NCBI GenBank assembly: GCA_963713285.1
Contig: CAVQLA010000010.1
Span: 7,658 to 71,657 of the forward strand
DNA from: an uncultured Chloroflexia bacterium
GTDB taxonomy: Bacteria > Chloroflexota > Limnocylindria > Limnocylindrales > CSP1-4
Length of the DNA stretch: 64,000 nucleotides
Direction of reading: 5' to 3'
Every line of letters begins with the position of its first letter. Positions within the stretch are counted from its first letter, which is position 1. A program made the translations under genes and the position numbers. The notes beneath the pieces were generated by a model, which saw nothing but the letters and a program-made list of their open reading frames with translations, was not told the DNA's origin and did not search any database. Shown here one piece after another: positions 10,370 to 21,125 of this stretch.

Positions 10370-10417
10370 CGTCGAGCCCGGGAGCCGGGCGCGGAGCACC
10401 GCGGGCGATAATGGGGC

Positions 10418-12211
10418 ATGCCCCCGCCCTTCGACGCCCCCCTCGGCGAGGAGCTCCGGTTCATCCTGAACCTGGGTGTCGCGGTGCTGGCCGCGCTGCT
10501 CGGCGGGGCGATCGCGACGCGCCTGCGCCAGCCGACCGTCGTCGGCTACCTCGTCGCGGGAATTGCCATCGGCCCCTTCACGCCGGGGTTCGTCGGCGAC
10601 CAGCAGCAGATCATGATCCTCGCCGACATCGGGGTCGTCCTCCTGCTGTTCGCGCTCGGCGTCCAGTTCCCGCTGCGCGACCTCGCCGCGGTCCGGCGTG
10701 TCGCCGTGGGGGCCGGCGTCACCCAGATCGTCGCCACGACGGCGATCGGCGCCGTCGCGGCGGGTGCGCTCGGGTTCGACCTTCGGAGCGCCTTCGTCAT
10801 GGGCGCCATGCTGGCGATCTCGTCGACGATCGTGGTCGTCAAGATCCTCGTGGAGCGCGGCGAGCTCGAGGCAGCCCACGGCCGTGCGCTCGTGGGATGG
10901 ATGATCGTGCAGGACCTCGCCACGATCCTCGTGGCGGCGATGCTGCCGGCCATCGCGGGCGGCGACCCCGTGGGCCCGCTCCTGCTGGCGGCCGGCCGCG
11001 TCGCGCTCTTCCTGGTCCTCGCCTACGTCGTGGGCACGCGCCTGCTGCCGCCCATGTTCCGCCTCGTGGCCCGCCTCGGGTCGTCCGAGCTCTTCCTCCT
11101 CGCGGTGATCGGGACGGCCCTGGTCGCGGCCGTGACCTCGTCGGCGGTCTTCGGGCTCGGGCTGGCGCTTGGCGCGTTTGTGGCGGGGCTCCTGATCGCC
11201 GAGTCGGAGCTCTCCTACCAGGCCGTGGCGGAGATCGTCCCGTTCCGCGACCTCTTCGCCGTCCTCTTCTTCGTCTCCGTGGGGATGCTGGTCGACCCGG
11301 CGAGCATCGCGGCCCAGGCCGGGCTGGTGCTCGTGTTCGTCGTCATCGCCGTCGGAGCCAAGGGCCTGCTGGCCGCGGGCCTCGCGCGACTCTTCGGGCT
11401 GCCGACGCGGTCGGCGGTCCTCCTGGGGGCCATGCTCGCCCAGGTCGGCGAGTTCAGCTTCATCCTGGCCGAACGGGCCCTCGGCCTCGGGATCCTTGCC
11501 AAGTCGGCGTACGACGTCCTGCTGGGCACGGCCGTGATCTCGATCGTCGCGACCCCCTTCGCGGTACGTGGAGCCGACAGGCTCGTCGCCCGGCTCGAGG
11601 CCCGGGTCGTCGGCGGGCGGCCGCCGGTCGACGCCGAGCTGGATCCCATGGGTGGCCGCGGCGGGGGCCACGGCGTCCGGGCGGCGTACGCCTCCGACGG
11701 CCGGCCGCACGTCGTCGTCCTGGGCGCGGGGCGCGTCGGGATCCTGGTGACCCGGGCCGTCCGCACGCGCGGCTTCGGCTGCGTCGTCGTGGACCGCGAT
11801 CGCCGACGTCTCGACGAGGCGGCGCGACTCGGCGCCCAGGTCGTGTACGGCGACGCGGCCAGCCCGACGATCCTCGAGCGGGTCGGGCTCGGGGAGGCCC
11901 GGCTCCTCGTCGTGGCGGTGGCGGACCCGTTCGCGGCCCGGCTGGCCACCGAGCGCGCACTGCGCATCAACCCGCGCCTGGAGGTGACCGCGCGGGCCCG
12001 CGGCGCCCGAGATCGCGGGACGCTCCGGACCGCCGGCGTGCGGCGCGTTGCGGACCCGGAGGTGGAGGCGGGGGTCGAGCTGGCGCGCCATGCACTGCAG
12101 CGGATGGGCGTCTCCGGCACCGAGCTGGCGGCGATCGCCTCGGGGCTGCGGCGCGGGCAGTACGGCCCGGACCCAGGATCCAGGCGTCCGTCGACGTCGC
12201 CGGGCGACTGA
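10418..12211 (+). CDS. CPA2 cation:proton antiporter with TrkA-N (KTN) domain (YbaL/KefC-like)
   Basis: GYLVAGIAIGPFTPG, ISST.VV.K.L, QD, LGAFVAG, PFRDLF..LFFVSVG, QVGEFSFI; C-terminal GAGRVG and YGDA. Confidence 0.92.
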   Translation: MPPPFDAPLGEELRFILNLGVAVLAALLGGAIATRLRQPTVVGYLVAGIAIGPFTPGFVGDQQQIMILADIGVVLLLFALGVQFPLRDLAAVRRVAVGAGVTQIVATTAIGAVAAGALGFDLRSAFVMGAMLAISSTIVVVKILVERGELEAAHGRALVGWMIVQDLATILVAAMLPAIAGGDPVGPLLLAAGRVALFLVLAYVVGTRLLPPMFRLVARLGSSELFLLAVIGTALVAAVTSSAVFGLGLALGAFVAGLLIAESELSYQAVAEIVPFRDLFAVLFFVSVGMLVDPASIAAQAGLVLVFVVIAVGAKGLLAAGLARLFGLPTRSAVLLGAMLAQVGEFSFILAERALGLGILAKSAYDVLLGTAVISIVATPFAVRGADRLVARLEARVVGGRPPVDAELDPMGGRGGGHGVRAAYASDGRPHVVVLGAGRVGILVTRAVRTRGFGCVVVDRDRRRLDEAARLGAQVVYGDAASPTILERVGLGEARLLVVAVADPFAARLATERALRINPRLEVTARARGARDRGTLRTAGVRRVADPEVEAGVELARHALQRMGVSGTELAAIASGLRRGQYGPDPGSRRPSTSPGD

Positions 12212-12272
12212 GGTCGCCTCCACCGGGGAGCCCGGCGCGGGGAGCCCACGAGGAGGGAAGATTGGGGCGGCC

Positions 12273-12797
12273 ATGCACCCGACCGTCCGCCGGCTGATCG
12301 AGCACTACGACCTGCGCCCGCTGCCGGTCGAGGGCACCCTCTTCGTGGGGACCTACCGCTCCGCGGCGGAGCGTGCCGACGGGAGCCCGGCCGGGACGGC
12401 CATGATCGGCCTCTACTGCCACGAGCCCCGGAGCTTCTCGAGCTTCCACCGCCTGCCGGCCGACGAGGTGTGGCACTTCTACGACGGCGACCCGCTGCGC
12501 CTCGTGCTGCTGGCCCCGGACGGCTCGAGCCGCGACGTGGTCCTGGGCCGGGACGTCGCGGCGGGGCAGGTGGTCCAGCTCGTCGTGCCGGCCGGCACCT
12601 GGCAGGCCGGACACGTGGTGGACGACGGGACGTATGCCCTGTTCGGCTGCACGATGGCGCCGGGGTTCACCAGCAGCGGGTTCGAGGGAGCGGTCACGGC
12701 CGACCTCCTGCGCCGCTACCCCGATCGCGCCGCGGACATCGAGCGGCTGCGGTCGCCCGACGACGCCACGAGGATGGCTCCCGACTTCGCGACCTGA
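12273..12797 (+). CDS. Cupin_5 (DUF985) protein
   Basis: L.PLPVEG, SSFHRLPADEVWHFYDGDPL, VVPAGTWQA, LFGCTMAPGF. Confidence 0.88.
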   Translation: MHPTVRRLIEHYDLRPLPVEGTLFVGTYRSAAERADGSPAGTAMIGLYCHEPRSFSSFHRLPADEVWHFYDGDPLRLVLLAPDGSSRDVVLGRDVAAGQVVQLVVPAGTWQAGHVVDDGTYALFGCTMAPGFTSSGFEGAVTADLLRRYPDRAADIERLRSPDDATRMAPDFAT

Positions 12798-12924
12798 GAG
12801 CGGGCGCGGCTCGGGCGGCCGGGCGTGGCTCGGGCGGCCGGGCGGCCGGTCGCGGCTCGGGCACCGCTGGCCGGGATGGCGTGCTCCGCCGGCCCGCCGC
12901 TCACCGGTCGTCCGGGGCCGGCGC

Positions 12925-13575
12925 TCAACGGTCGTCCGGCTCCAGGTCCGGGCGCACCCGGCGCACCCAGTCGCGGAGGGCCCACTCCGTCGTCCGGAAG
13001 GCGATCTCGGGCCAGGGGATCGCATCGGGGGCGAACGGGCGGATCTCGAGCGCCTCGGGGGTGGCCGTCGGCGCGCCGCCGACGATCTCGGCCACGAAGG
13101 CAATCACGACGATGGCGGCCTCCGGCCGGGTGTAGAGGCCCACGATCTCACCCGGCTCCACGATCAGGCCGGTTTCCTCGAGCGTCTCGCGGACCGCGCC
13201 CGCGTGGACCGTCTCGTCGATCTCCATGAAGCCGCCGGGCTGGGCCCAGAGGCCGCGCCCCGGCTCGATCCCGCGCCGCAGCAGCATCACGTCGCCGTCA
13301 GCGGTGATCGGGAGGGTGGTGACCACGAGGCGAGGATTGACGTAGAAGACGTAGCCGCAGGCGTCGCAGGCCAGCCGATCGCGATCCTCGTGGGGCAGGG
13401 GGCCAAGGCGAAGCGCCGCGCCACAGCGCGAGCAGTAGTTCAGCGTTGCCGCAAGCCACGTCGGGACGCCCCGCCCGGCCGCCGGGTCGAAGGCGGATGA
13501 CTGGAAGGTCGGATCGGGGGCGATGCGAAGGTCCGACAGGCCGTGGGGGTTCGGCTGGCGCTGGCCGTGGCTCAT
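12925..13575 (-). CDS. NUDIX hydrolase with N-terminal Zn ribbon
   Basis: YCSRCG...CDACG.VFY.NP; Nudix box GGFMEIDET...AVRETLEETG. Confidence 0.92.
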   Translation of the reverse strand: MSHGQRQPNPHGLSDLRIAPDPTFQSSAFDPAAGRGVPTWLAATLNYCSRCGAALRLGPLPHEDRDRLACDACGYVFYVNPRLVVTTLPITADGDVMLLRRGIEPGRGLWAQPGGFMEIDETVHAGAVRETLEETGLIVEPGEIVGLYTRPEAAIVVIAFVAEIVGGAPTATPEALEIRPFAPDAIPWPEIAFRTTEWALRDWVRRVRPDLEPDDR

Positions 13576-13594
13576 CGCCGCGCCACCCGGGTGA

Positions 13595-14101
13595 TCATGC
13601 CGTGAGGACCAGCCACGCCGCCCCGAGGAGCACCGCGTAGAGGATCACCGCGGCGGCCACCCAGGCGAGCCGGAAGAGCCCCTTCGCGCGATCGACCGGC
13701 ATCCATGCCCACGCGGAGCGCCAGATGCGGACGACCGCGTCGGCGTTGGCGACGGCCAGGAGGGGGGCGCCGACCAGCACGCACAGCTTGACCAGCGGGC
13801 TGCCCAGCGGGACGCCCAGCTCCAGCGCCGTGATCGCCACGGCCCCCAGGACGAGGGCCGGTGCCGAGAGCAGCACGTAGTGCTTCTGGAGGGGGGTCGG
13901 CTTCGTCTCGGGGACGCTGCGCGGTGGCAGGCCGGCCAGGCTCGGCGGCACGGCGGCGCCACTCGGCGAGAGGGCGCTGCCGATCTGCGACGGGTCGGCG
14001 CGGCGCGGGGGCGGGTCCGTGCGGGCGGGGGGCGCGGCGGGCGTCCGGACCGCCTGGCGGTCCAGGACCGGCATCCCGTGCTCGAAGCGCTCGTCCTCCA
14101 C
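13595..14101 (-). CDS. Hypothetical membrane protein
   Basis: Pro-rich N-terminus and three hydrophobic segments; TACACT-N6-GTG start. Confidence 0.65.
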   Translation of the reverse strand: MEDERFEHGMPVLDRQAVRTPAAPPARTDPPPRRADPSQIGSALSPSGAAVPPSLAGLPPRSVPETKPTPLQKHYVLLSAPALVLGAVAITALELGVPLGSPLVKLCVLVGAPLLAVANADAVVRIWRSAWAWMPVDRAKGLFRLAWVAAAVILYAVLLGAAWLVLTA

Positions 14102-14270
14102 GGCGCGAGTGTAGACGCGACCGGCGAAGGGCGGCGACCGAGGCGCCGGCACGCCCGCGACCGCGTGGCGCCGCCGGGCCCGCGAGTGTCCTACGCTCCG
14201 CGTGTCGGACGCGGGGCGTCGCGCGGATGCGGGAACGTCGCGCGAACGGGGCTGCACGGGAAGGGGAACC

Positions 14271-15266
14271 ATGGCGAAGATCGGCTACGCGGCGATGCTC
14301 GAGCAGTTCCACCCCACGGACCTGCTCGACTGGTGCGCGCAGGCGGAGACCGCCGGCTTCTCGGCGGGCTTCATGGTCTCGGAGCATTTCCATCCGTGGA
14401 CCCCGCAGCAGGGCCAGGCGGCCTTCGCGTGGAGCTTCATGGGCGCCCTCGGCACGCGGACCTCGCTGCCGTTCGGGACCGCCGTCACCTGCCCGGGCTT
14501 CCGCTACCACCCCGCGGTCATCGCCCACGCCGCCGCGACCCTCGGCGCCATGTTCCCCGGCCGCTTCTGGCTGGGGCTGGGTGCCGGCGAGGCGCTCAAC
14601 GAGCACATCCTGGGCGGCGAGTGGCCCGAGATCGGCATCCGTTCGGCGATGCTGTTCGAGGCGATCGAGGTCATCGCGAAGCTCTTCTCCGGGAACGTGG
14701 TCCGCCATCGCGGCGATCACTTCCGCCTCGAGTCGGCGAAGCTCTACACGCGGCCCGACGACGCCCGCGTGCCGATCTACGTGGCCACCGCCGGCCCGCT
14801 GAACGCGAAGCGGACCGGGAAGTTCGCCGACGGGATGATCACGGTCGGGGCGGCCGACGAGAAGATCGGCATGCTCTGGGGCAAGTTCGAGGAGGGCGCC
14901 CGCGAGGCGGGAAAGGATCCGGTCGGGATGCCCAAGCTGCTCCAGATCCACGTCAGCTGGGCGCCCACCGAGGCCGAGGCCGCGGAGAACGCCGTCCGCG
15001 AGTGGCCGAACGGCGGGATGCCCTTCCCGAAGCAGGACATCAGGAACCCGGAGGACTTCGCGGCCATGGCGAAGATGGTCCGCCCCGAGGACTTCCGCAA
15101 CCGGGTGCTGATCTCGTCGGACCTCGCCGTCCACGCGGCCCACGTCCAGCACTACCTCGACATGGGTTTCGACGAGGTCCACCTCCACAACGTCGGGCGC
15201 AACCAGGCCGAGTTCATCGAGGTCTTCGGGCGGGAGGTGCTCCCGGCGCTGCGGCTCGGCGAGTGA
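14271..15266 (+). CDS. F420-dependent LLM-class oxidoreductase (TIGR03557, G6PDH-like family)
   Basis: KIGYAAMLEQF, SEHFHPW, GTAVTCP..RYHPA, LGLGAGEALNEH. Confidence 0.9.
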   Translation: MAKIGYAAMLEQFHPTDLLDWCAQAETAGFSAGFMVSEHFHPWTPQQGQAAFAWSFMGALGTRTSLPFGTAVTCPGFRYHPAVIAHAAATLGAMFPGRFWLGLGAGEALNEHILGGEWPEIGIRSAMLFEAIEVIAKLFSGNVVRHRGDHFRLESAKLYTRPDDARVPIYVATAGPLNAKRTGKFADGMITVGAADEKIGMLWGKFEEGAREAGKDPVGMPKLLQIHVSWAPTEAEAAENAVREWPNGGMPFPKQDIRNPEDFAAMAKMVRPEDFRNRVLISSDLAVHAAHVQHYLDMGFDEVHLHNVGRNQAEFIEVFGREVLPALRLGE

Positions 15267-15336
15267 GGCGGGCCGCGCCGCTGGGGCCGCGACACCGACG
15301 AGCCCGGATGAGCGCCTGCTGCCCGGGGGCCTGCCG

Positions 15337-16542
15337 ATGAGCGATCACGTCGACCTCGTCGTCGTCGGCGGCGGGATCGTGGGCCTCGCGACCGCGTACC
15401 GCCTGCTCGAGACGCGTCCGGGCCTGCGGCTCGTCCTCCTCGAGAAGGAGGTGCGCCTCGCGGCCCACCAGACCGGGCGCAACAGCGGCGTGATCCACTC
15501 CCCGAACACGTACGCCCCCGGCTCGCTCAAGGCGCGCCTCTGCGCGGAGGGGATGCGCGACGCGCTCGCCTTCGCCGACGCGCGCGGCATCCCGTACGAG
15601 ATCTGCGGCGAGCTGATCGTGGCCACCGAGCCCGACGAGCTGCCCCGGCTGGCCGCCGTCGCGGAGCGCGCCCGGGCCAACGGCGTGGCGCTCCGGGAGC
15701 TGGGGCCGGAGGCGATGCGCGAGGTCGAGCCTGAGGTGCGCGGCCTGCGCGCGCTCCACGTGCCGAGCACCGGGATCATCGACTGGGAGCGTTTCGCCCT
15801 CGCCCTCGGCGACGCAGTCCGGGCGCGCGGCGCGCAGATCCGGACCGGGGTGGAGGTGACGGCGATCCGGCGCACGCCCGACGGCCTCGTCCTCGAGACG
15901 ACGGCCGGCGCCGTGACCACCCGCGACCTCGTCACCTGCGCCGGCCTCCACTCCGACCGGCTGGCGGCGATGACGGGTCACGGACGCGGGATCCGCATCG
16001 TGCCGTTCCGCGGCGACTACGCCGTCCTGCGGCCCGAGGCCAGGCACTTCTGCCGGGCGCTCGTCTACCCGGTCGCCGACCCGCGCTTCCCGTTCCTGGG
16101 CGTCCACCTCACGCGCCGGATCGACGGCGCAGCCTGGGCGGGGCCGAACGCCGTCCTCGCGTACGCGCGGGAGGGCTATCGGCGGCGCGACGTCGACCTC
16201 CGCGAGCTCGCCGGGATCCTCGGCGACCGCGGCTTCCTCCGCCTCGCCGGGCGCCACTGGCGGGTCGGCGCCGCGGAGGTGATCCGCGACCTGTCCCTGC
16301 GGCGCTTCCTGCGCGCGCTGCAGCGCTACACGCCGGGGCTGACCCTGGCCGACCTCGCCTGGGGGCCGTCGGGCATCCGGGCCCAGGCGGTGCGCAGGAA
16401 CGGGACGCTCGTCGAGGACTTCGCGATCACCGGTGGCTCGCACGTCCTCCACGTGCAGAATGCGCCCAGCCCGGCGGCCACGGCCAGCCTGGCGATCGGC
16501 CGCGAGATTGCCGGGATGGCCGTCGAGCGGTTCGGGATCTGA
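15337..16542 (+). CDS. lhgO: L-2-hydroxyglutarate oxidase (FAD-dependent)
   Basis: GGGIVGLA, HQTGRNSGVIH, PGSLKARLC, PFRGDY, YPVADPRFPFLGVHLT, GIRAQA, NAPSPAATASL. Confidence 0.92.
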   Translation: MSDHVDLVVVGGGIVGLATAYRLLETRPGLRLVLLEKEVRLAAHQTGRNSGVIHSPNTYAPGSLKARLCAEGMRDALAFADARGIPYEICGELIVATEPDELPRLAAVAERARANGVALRELGPEAMREVEPEVRGLRALHVPSTGIIDWERFALALGDAVRARGAQIRTGVEVTAIRRTPDGLVLETTAGAVTTRDLVTCAGLHSDRLAAMTGHGRGIRIVPFRGDYAVLRPEARHFCRALVYPVADPRFPFLGVHLTRRIDGAAWAGPNAVLAYAREGYRRRDVDLRELAGILGDRGFLRLAGRHWRVGAAEVIRDLSLRRFLRALQRYTPGLTLADLAWGPSGIRAQAVRRNGTLVEDFAITGGSHVLHVQNAPSPAATASLAIGREIAGMAVERFGI

Positions 16543-16547
16543 GTGGC

Positions 16548-17120
16548 ATGAGTGAGGGAGGGCACGGGATGCAGCATCGAACCGCCGAAGAGCTGGCCGC
16601 CGGGATGGCGGCGATCCGTCGCGCACCGGCAGCGGCCGGCACCGTCGAGATGATCGTCCGGCGCCCGGCGCTCGACGAGCGCGAGGAGCTCGCCGAGGGG
16701 TACCTCACCGCGGCGGACGGCCTGGCCGGCGACGACTGGCTGGCGCGCGGGAGCCGCGCGGCCCCCGACGGCTCGGCCGACCCGGAGCGGCAGCTCACGC
16801 TGATGGGCGCCCGGGTGGCGGACCTCCTGGCAGGCGGCGACCGCGCCGCCTGGCCGCTCGCCGGCGACCAGCTCTACGTCGACCTCGACCTGTCCGTGGC
16901 GAACCTGCCGGCCGGCGCGCGGCTGGCCGTCGGCACGGCGGTCATCCAGGTGACCGAGCCGCTCCACACGGGCTGCGCCAAGTTCAGCGCCCGGTTCGGG
17001 AGCGAGGCGCTCCGCTTCGTGAACTCCCCAGAGGGCCGCGCGCTGCGCCTGCGCGGGCTGAACGCCCGGGTCACGGAGCCGGGCGTCGTCCACGCCGGGG
17101 ATGCCGTCCGACGCCTCTGA
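16548..17120 (+). CDS. MOSC domain protein
   Basis: IVRRP...R, GL.GD.W, AGDQLYVDLDLS..NLP.G, PHTGC-like LHTGCAKF..RFG, LRGLNARV. Confidence 0.85.
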   Translation: MSEGGHGMQHRTAEELAAGMAAIRRAPAAAGTVEMIVRRPALDEREELAEGYLTAADGLAGDDWLARGSRAAPDGSADPERQLTLMGARVADLLAGGDRAAWPLAGDQLYVDLDLSVANLPAGARLAVGTAVIQVTEPLHTGCAKFSARFGSEALRFVNSPEGRALRLRGLNARVTEPGVVHAGDAVRRL

Positions 17121-17258
17121 GCGCTCTCGCCTCCGGCCGGGAATGAAGCTGGCGAGGGAAGAGAGATCCGGCACTTGCCGAGCGCGGCGCCGGTCGTTCA
17201 CGCTCCGCACGAGAGCGACGCGCGCCGGGCGCGCGCGAAGGGACCCGGAGGACGAGCC

Positions 17259-17741
17259 ATGAGCGATCCCACCATCGACATGCGTGATGGGTTCCCGGTG
17301 GGCCTGACCCTGGCCGAGCCCCTGCGGCGCACGCTGCTGGCCGACGACGCGGCGGGGGTGCGCGAACACCTCGCCAACGACATCGTCGGCTGGCTGACCA
17401 CCGTCACCCCGGATCGGCGGCCCCAGACCGCGGTCATCTCGTTCCTGTGGGACGGGGACGGGATCCTCTTCTACAGCCGCCCCGACACCCCGAAGATCCG
17501 CAACATCACGGCGCATCCGGATGTCTCGTTCCACCTCAACTGCGACCCCTACGGCGACCACGTCGTCGTGATCGAAGGGCTCGCCGGCCCGGCGCCGCAC
17601 GAGCGGCGATCGGACGTCCATCCGGCCTACCGGCGCAAGTACCGCGAGCCGCTCGCGCACTGGGAGATGGACGAGAAGGCGACGGCCGAGGAGTTCTCGG
17701 TCCCGATCCGGATCCTCCCGGAACGCATCCGCTACTGGTAG
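17259..17741 (+). CDS. PPOX-class F420-dependent oxidoreductase (TIGR03667-like)
   Basis: WLTTV.PD..PQ...I.FLWDG, YSRP..PK.RNI..HP.VS, Y..KY, FSVPIRI.P. Confidence 0.85.
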   Translation: MSDPTIDMRDGFPVGLTLAEPLRRTLLADDAAGVREHLANDIVGWLTTVTPDRRPQTAVISFLWDGDGILFYSRPDTPKIRNITAHPDVSFHLNCDPYGDHVVVIEGLAGPAPHERRSDVHPAYRRKYREPLAHWEMDEKATAEEFSVPIRILPERIRYW

Positions 17742-17758
17742 GCGCGGCGACGCGCGGG

Positions 17759-18454
17759 TCAGGCCGCGACCGGCTCGCCGGACGCTGCCGCCCCTGCCTC
17801 GGCGCGGTCACGGATCCCGATCAGCATCCGGCGCTCCATCGGGAGCGAGGCCGCCTCGACCGTCGACCAGAAGAGCCGGTCGAGCGTCGCACCGCGCGTC
17901 CGCCGGCGCGATCGCGCCAGGAGACGACTCTGGCCGTCGCCGTCCGGCTCGAGCACGAGAGCCCACGACTCGTCGACGGACATCGGGACGGCCGTGTCCG
18001 CATGCGCGGGCCCGCCGGTGGCGGGGTCGCGCGCGACGAGGACGATCGAACGCCCCGGGTCGACCGCCTGCACGAGGTACGCCGGCATGTCGCCCTTCCG
18101 CAGGGAGACGATGTCGCCGACCTCCATGTCCTGCAGCTCGGGGACGATCCGGTCCACCGAGTGGATGTCGCATCCGAGCGCGTTCTCCAGCCAGTCGTAG
18201 CTGTAGAGGCCGCCGCGGCCCTGGCCGAGCTGGAGGAGCCACGGCCAGACGGCGTCCGGCGGGGCACCGATCGAGATCGCCCGGGTGTGCACGATCTCGG
18301 GGTCGGGGACGATCTCGTCGCCGGGCAGCGGGCGATACGTGTCGTTCGGGCGGGCGCCCCAGGCGCGGACCCTTGGCCGCAGCCAGGTCAGCCAGGCGAA
18401 CGGGAGCGTGGCGATGGCGCCCAGGCCGACGAGCGCGAGGAAGCGGATGCGCAT
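17759..18454 (-). CDS. SRPBCC-like conserved protein
   Basis: WGA...LPGD, TRAISI.APP..VWPWL.QLGQGRGG.YSYDWLEN, MER.ML.GI..RAE. Confidence 0.78.
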   Translation of the reverse strand: MRIRFLALVGLGAIATLPFAWLTWLRPRVRAWGARPNDTYRPLPGDEIVPDPEIVHTRAISIGAPPDAVWPWLLQLGQGRGGLYSYDWLENALGCDIHSVDRIVPELQDMEVGDIVSLRKGDMPAYLVQAVDPGRSIVLVARDPATGGPAHADTAVPMSVDESWALVLEPDGDGQSRLLARSRRRTRGATLDRLFWSTVEAASLPMERRMLIGIRDRAEAGAAASGEPVAA

Positions 18455-18587
18455 TGGTGAGTACCTCCGGGCGCGCAGCCTGCCGTGCCGGCGGGCGCGC
18501 GCACAGGGCCGGCGGTCGTGCGCTGGAGGGTCATCGGGCTCGGAGCGGATCCGCCGGGCGATGCCCGGCGGCGGCGACGAAGCGGCC

Positions 18588-18941
18588 TCAGCCGCCGCTG
18601 ACGCAGAACTCGTTGCCATCCGGGTCGGCCAGCACCGTCCAGGCGACGTCCCCGAGGCGCCGCTCGGCGAGGACGGTCGCCCCGAGGCCGACCAGCCGCG
18701 CCACCTCGTCGGCCATGACGTCCGCCCGGAAGTCGAGGTGAACCCGGTTCTTCGCCGCCTTCGGCTCGGGCACCTTCTGAAAGAGGAGCGGCGGGAGGCC
18801 GGCCTCGCGCTCCGGCGGCACGAGCGCCACGTACTGCTCGTTCACCTCGCGCCGCGCGTACCCCAGGGCCGACGCCCAGAAGTCCACGACCCGTCCGTGG
18901 TCGGTGCAGTCGATCACGACCTCGGTCACGCGGAGCGACAT
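18588..18941 (-). CDS. VOC/glyoxalase-like protein
   Basis: VVIDC.D...FW..ALG, FQKVPEPK..KNRVHLD, W.VLADPDGNEFC. Confidence 0.9.
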   Translation of the reverse strand: MSLRVTEVVIDCTDHGRVVDFWASALGYARREVNEQYVALVPPEREAGLPPLLFQKVPEPKAAKNRVHLDFRADVMADEVARLVGLGATVLAERRLGDVAWTVLADPDGNEFCVSGG

Positions 18942-18978
18942 GGCCAAGCCTCCTTCGGCGGGCAGGATGTCGCCCGGC

Positions 18979-21114
18979 CTAGCGCCAGGCCCGCGCTTCG
19001 TCCGGGTAGAGGCGGACCCGGCGGTACGGCTCGCGGCCGCGCGAGCGCGAGACCACGTTCGCGCGCTCGGCCATCTGGTGCTGCAGCCGCCGGATGTAGG
19101 CGTTCTGGGGCGCCAGCTCCACCGGCTGGGCCTCGCGCGAGACCAGGCCGATCGCCTCCTCCGTCTCGCGCAGCGCCGCCTCGCGCGGGTCGACCTCCAG
19201 CGAGAAGATCGACGTCAGGCTGGCCTGCATCTGGACGATCGTGTTCGCCTTCAGCACGTAGACCGGGAGCGCGCGGTTCTCTGCCTCGCGGATCGTCGGC
19301 CCCTTCTGGCGATACTCGCTGCGCAGGGTCATGACGACGTCGGCGTCGTCAACGAGGCGCGCCACGATGACCGGCAGCTGGAGCTCCTTGATCGCCTGCT
19401 CAAGGCGCTTGCGGCTGATGCCGTGGGGATAGACCCGCAGGGTGGGCAGGATGCCGGTCTCCACGCGGAGCGCCGGACCGTCCTCGTCCACGGCCGTCGC
19501 GACGGCCAGGTCGGCCAGCCGCTCGTCGTCGGCGACCAGGTCCGCCGCGTTGACCGGCCCGGTCCCCTCCTCGGCCTTGAACGCCTCCAGCGCCCGCGAG
19601 GCCTGGTCGCGCCACTCCGCCTGGCGCTCCAACTCGCGCGCGTCGCGAGCTCGGATCTCGGCGGCCGTCTCGGCGGTTCCGCGCTCCACGGGGCCGCGGT
19701 CGGCGATCTCGCCGGCGACGAACGGCGCCTCGGCGGCGGACGCGCGTGAGGTCGACGGCCCACCGGGGCCGGCACCACCGCCCGGAGCACCGCCTCCGGA
19801 CCCCCCGTTGCCGCCCGGCCCGCCGCGATCGCCCAGGCGGGCGATCCGCTCGCCGGGCATCGTTCGCCCACCGGCCTCGCCGGCGCGGCCGCGTGGCTCG
19901 CGCCAGCCGCCCGACGCGCCGGGCCGGAAGCCGGGGCGCGCCCCGGCGGTGCCGGTCGGATCCCAGGGGGTTGTCCGGTAGTCCCCCGTCCCGCGCCAGC
20001 CGGGCTCGGGCCGCCAGCCGCCGCCCCCGGAGCCCACGAGGCCCGCGAACCGTTCGCGGCCCAGCTGGTCCCGGCCGATCTGCTCGCGCGGCGAGGGACG
20101 GGGTCGCGACTGCGACTTGTGGACCCCGGCCTCGTCCTTCCAGCGCTGCTCGGGCGCCACCGGATCGCCGCGCAGCATCGCGTCCACGGTCTCCGACACG
20201 TCGGCGTGGACCATGACCCGCTCGCGGTCCTGGATCTCGACGATCACGTCGAACGTCGGCGGCGCCTTGCGTTCGAGAACGCTCTTCTGGGTCCGTCGCC
20301 GGCGCGCCTCCTCGTCGCCGAGGGTGACGCTCTGGATCCCGCCGATCAGGTCCGAGAGCGTCGGGTTGAGCATCAGGTTGTCGAGGTTGTTGCCGTGAGC
20401 CGTCCCGATGAGCTGGACGCCGCGCTCGGCGATCGTCCGCGCCGCCTGCGCCTCCAGCTCCGTCCCGATCTCGTCGATGACGATGACCTGGGGCATGTGG
20501 TTCTCGACCGCCTCGATCATCACCTCGTGCTGCAGGGCCGGCGTCCGGACCTGCATCCGGCGGGCCTTGCCGATGGCCGGGTGCGGGATGTCGCCGTCGC
20601 CCGCGATCTCGTTGCTGGTGTCGACCACGACGACGCGCTTGCCGAGGTCGTCGGCGAGCACGCGGGCGGCCTCGCGGAGCATCGTGGTCTTGCCGATGCC
20701 GGGGCGGCCCATGATGAGGATCGACTTCCCGGTCTCCACGAAGTCGCCGATGATCTCGATCGTTCCGTAGACGGCCCGGCCGATGCGGCAGGTCAGGCCG
20801 ACGATCTTGCCGCTCCGGTTCCGGATCGCGCTGATCCGGTGGAGCGTGCGCTCGATCCCCGCCCGGTTGTCGTCCCCGAACGAGCCGATCTTCTCGACGA
20901 CGTGAGCGATGTCGCGCTCGTCGATCTCGCGCTCGAGGAGCGTCACCTCGCTGTCCGGGAAGCGCGCCTCCGGACGGCGCCCCAGGTCCATGACCACCTC
21001 GATGAGGTCGGTCTTCTCGGGCAGCTCGTGGATCGCCGCGACGATCTCGGGCGGGAGGGCCGCGAGCAGGGCTTCGAGGTCGTCGGTGGTTTCCCGGTTG
21101 GGTCGTTCGGCCAC
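18979..21114 (-). CDS. Ycf45/SpoIIIAA-family AAA ATPase with C-terminal R3H domain
   Basis: [19 protein letters not shown], Walker [22 protein letters not shown], Walker B IVIDEIG, GTAHG; R3[12 protein letters not shown]...GREPYRRV. Confidence 0.9.
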   Translation of the reverse strand: MAERPNRETTDDLEALLAALPPEIVAAIHELPEKTDLIEVVMDLGRRPEARFPDSEVTLLEREIDERDIAHVVEKIGSFGDDNRAGIERTLHRISAIRNRSGKIVGLTCRIGRAVYGTIEIIGDFVETGKSILIMGRPGIGKTTMLREAARVLADDLGKRVVVVDTSNEIAGDGDIPHPAIGKARRMQVRTPALQHEVMIEAVENHMPQVIVIDEIGTELEAQAARTIAERGVQLIGTAHGNNLDNLMLNPTLSDLIGGIQSVTLGDEEARRRRTQKSVLERKAPPTFDVIVEIQDRERVMVHADVSETVDAMLRGDPVAPEQRWKDEAGVHKSQSRPRPSPREQIGRDQLGRERFAGLVGSGGGGWRPEPGWRGTGDYRTTPWDPTGTAGARPGFRPGASGGWREPRGRAGEAGGRTMPGERIARLGDRGGPGGNGGSGGGAPGGGAGPGGPSTSRASAAEAPFVAGEIADRGPVERGTAETAAEIRARDARELERQAEWRDQASRALEAFKAEEGTGPVNAADLVADDERLADLAVATAVDEDGPALRVETGILPTLRVYPHGISRKRLEQAIKELQLPVIVARLVDDADVVMTLRSEYRQKGPTIREAENRALPVYVLKANTIVQMQASLTSIFSLEVDPREAALRETEEAIGLVSREAQPVELAPQNAYIRRLQHQMAERANVVSRSRGREPYRRVRLYPDEARAWR

Positions 21115-21125
21115 GGATGGCTCCC

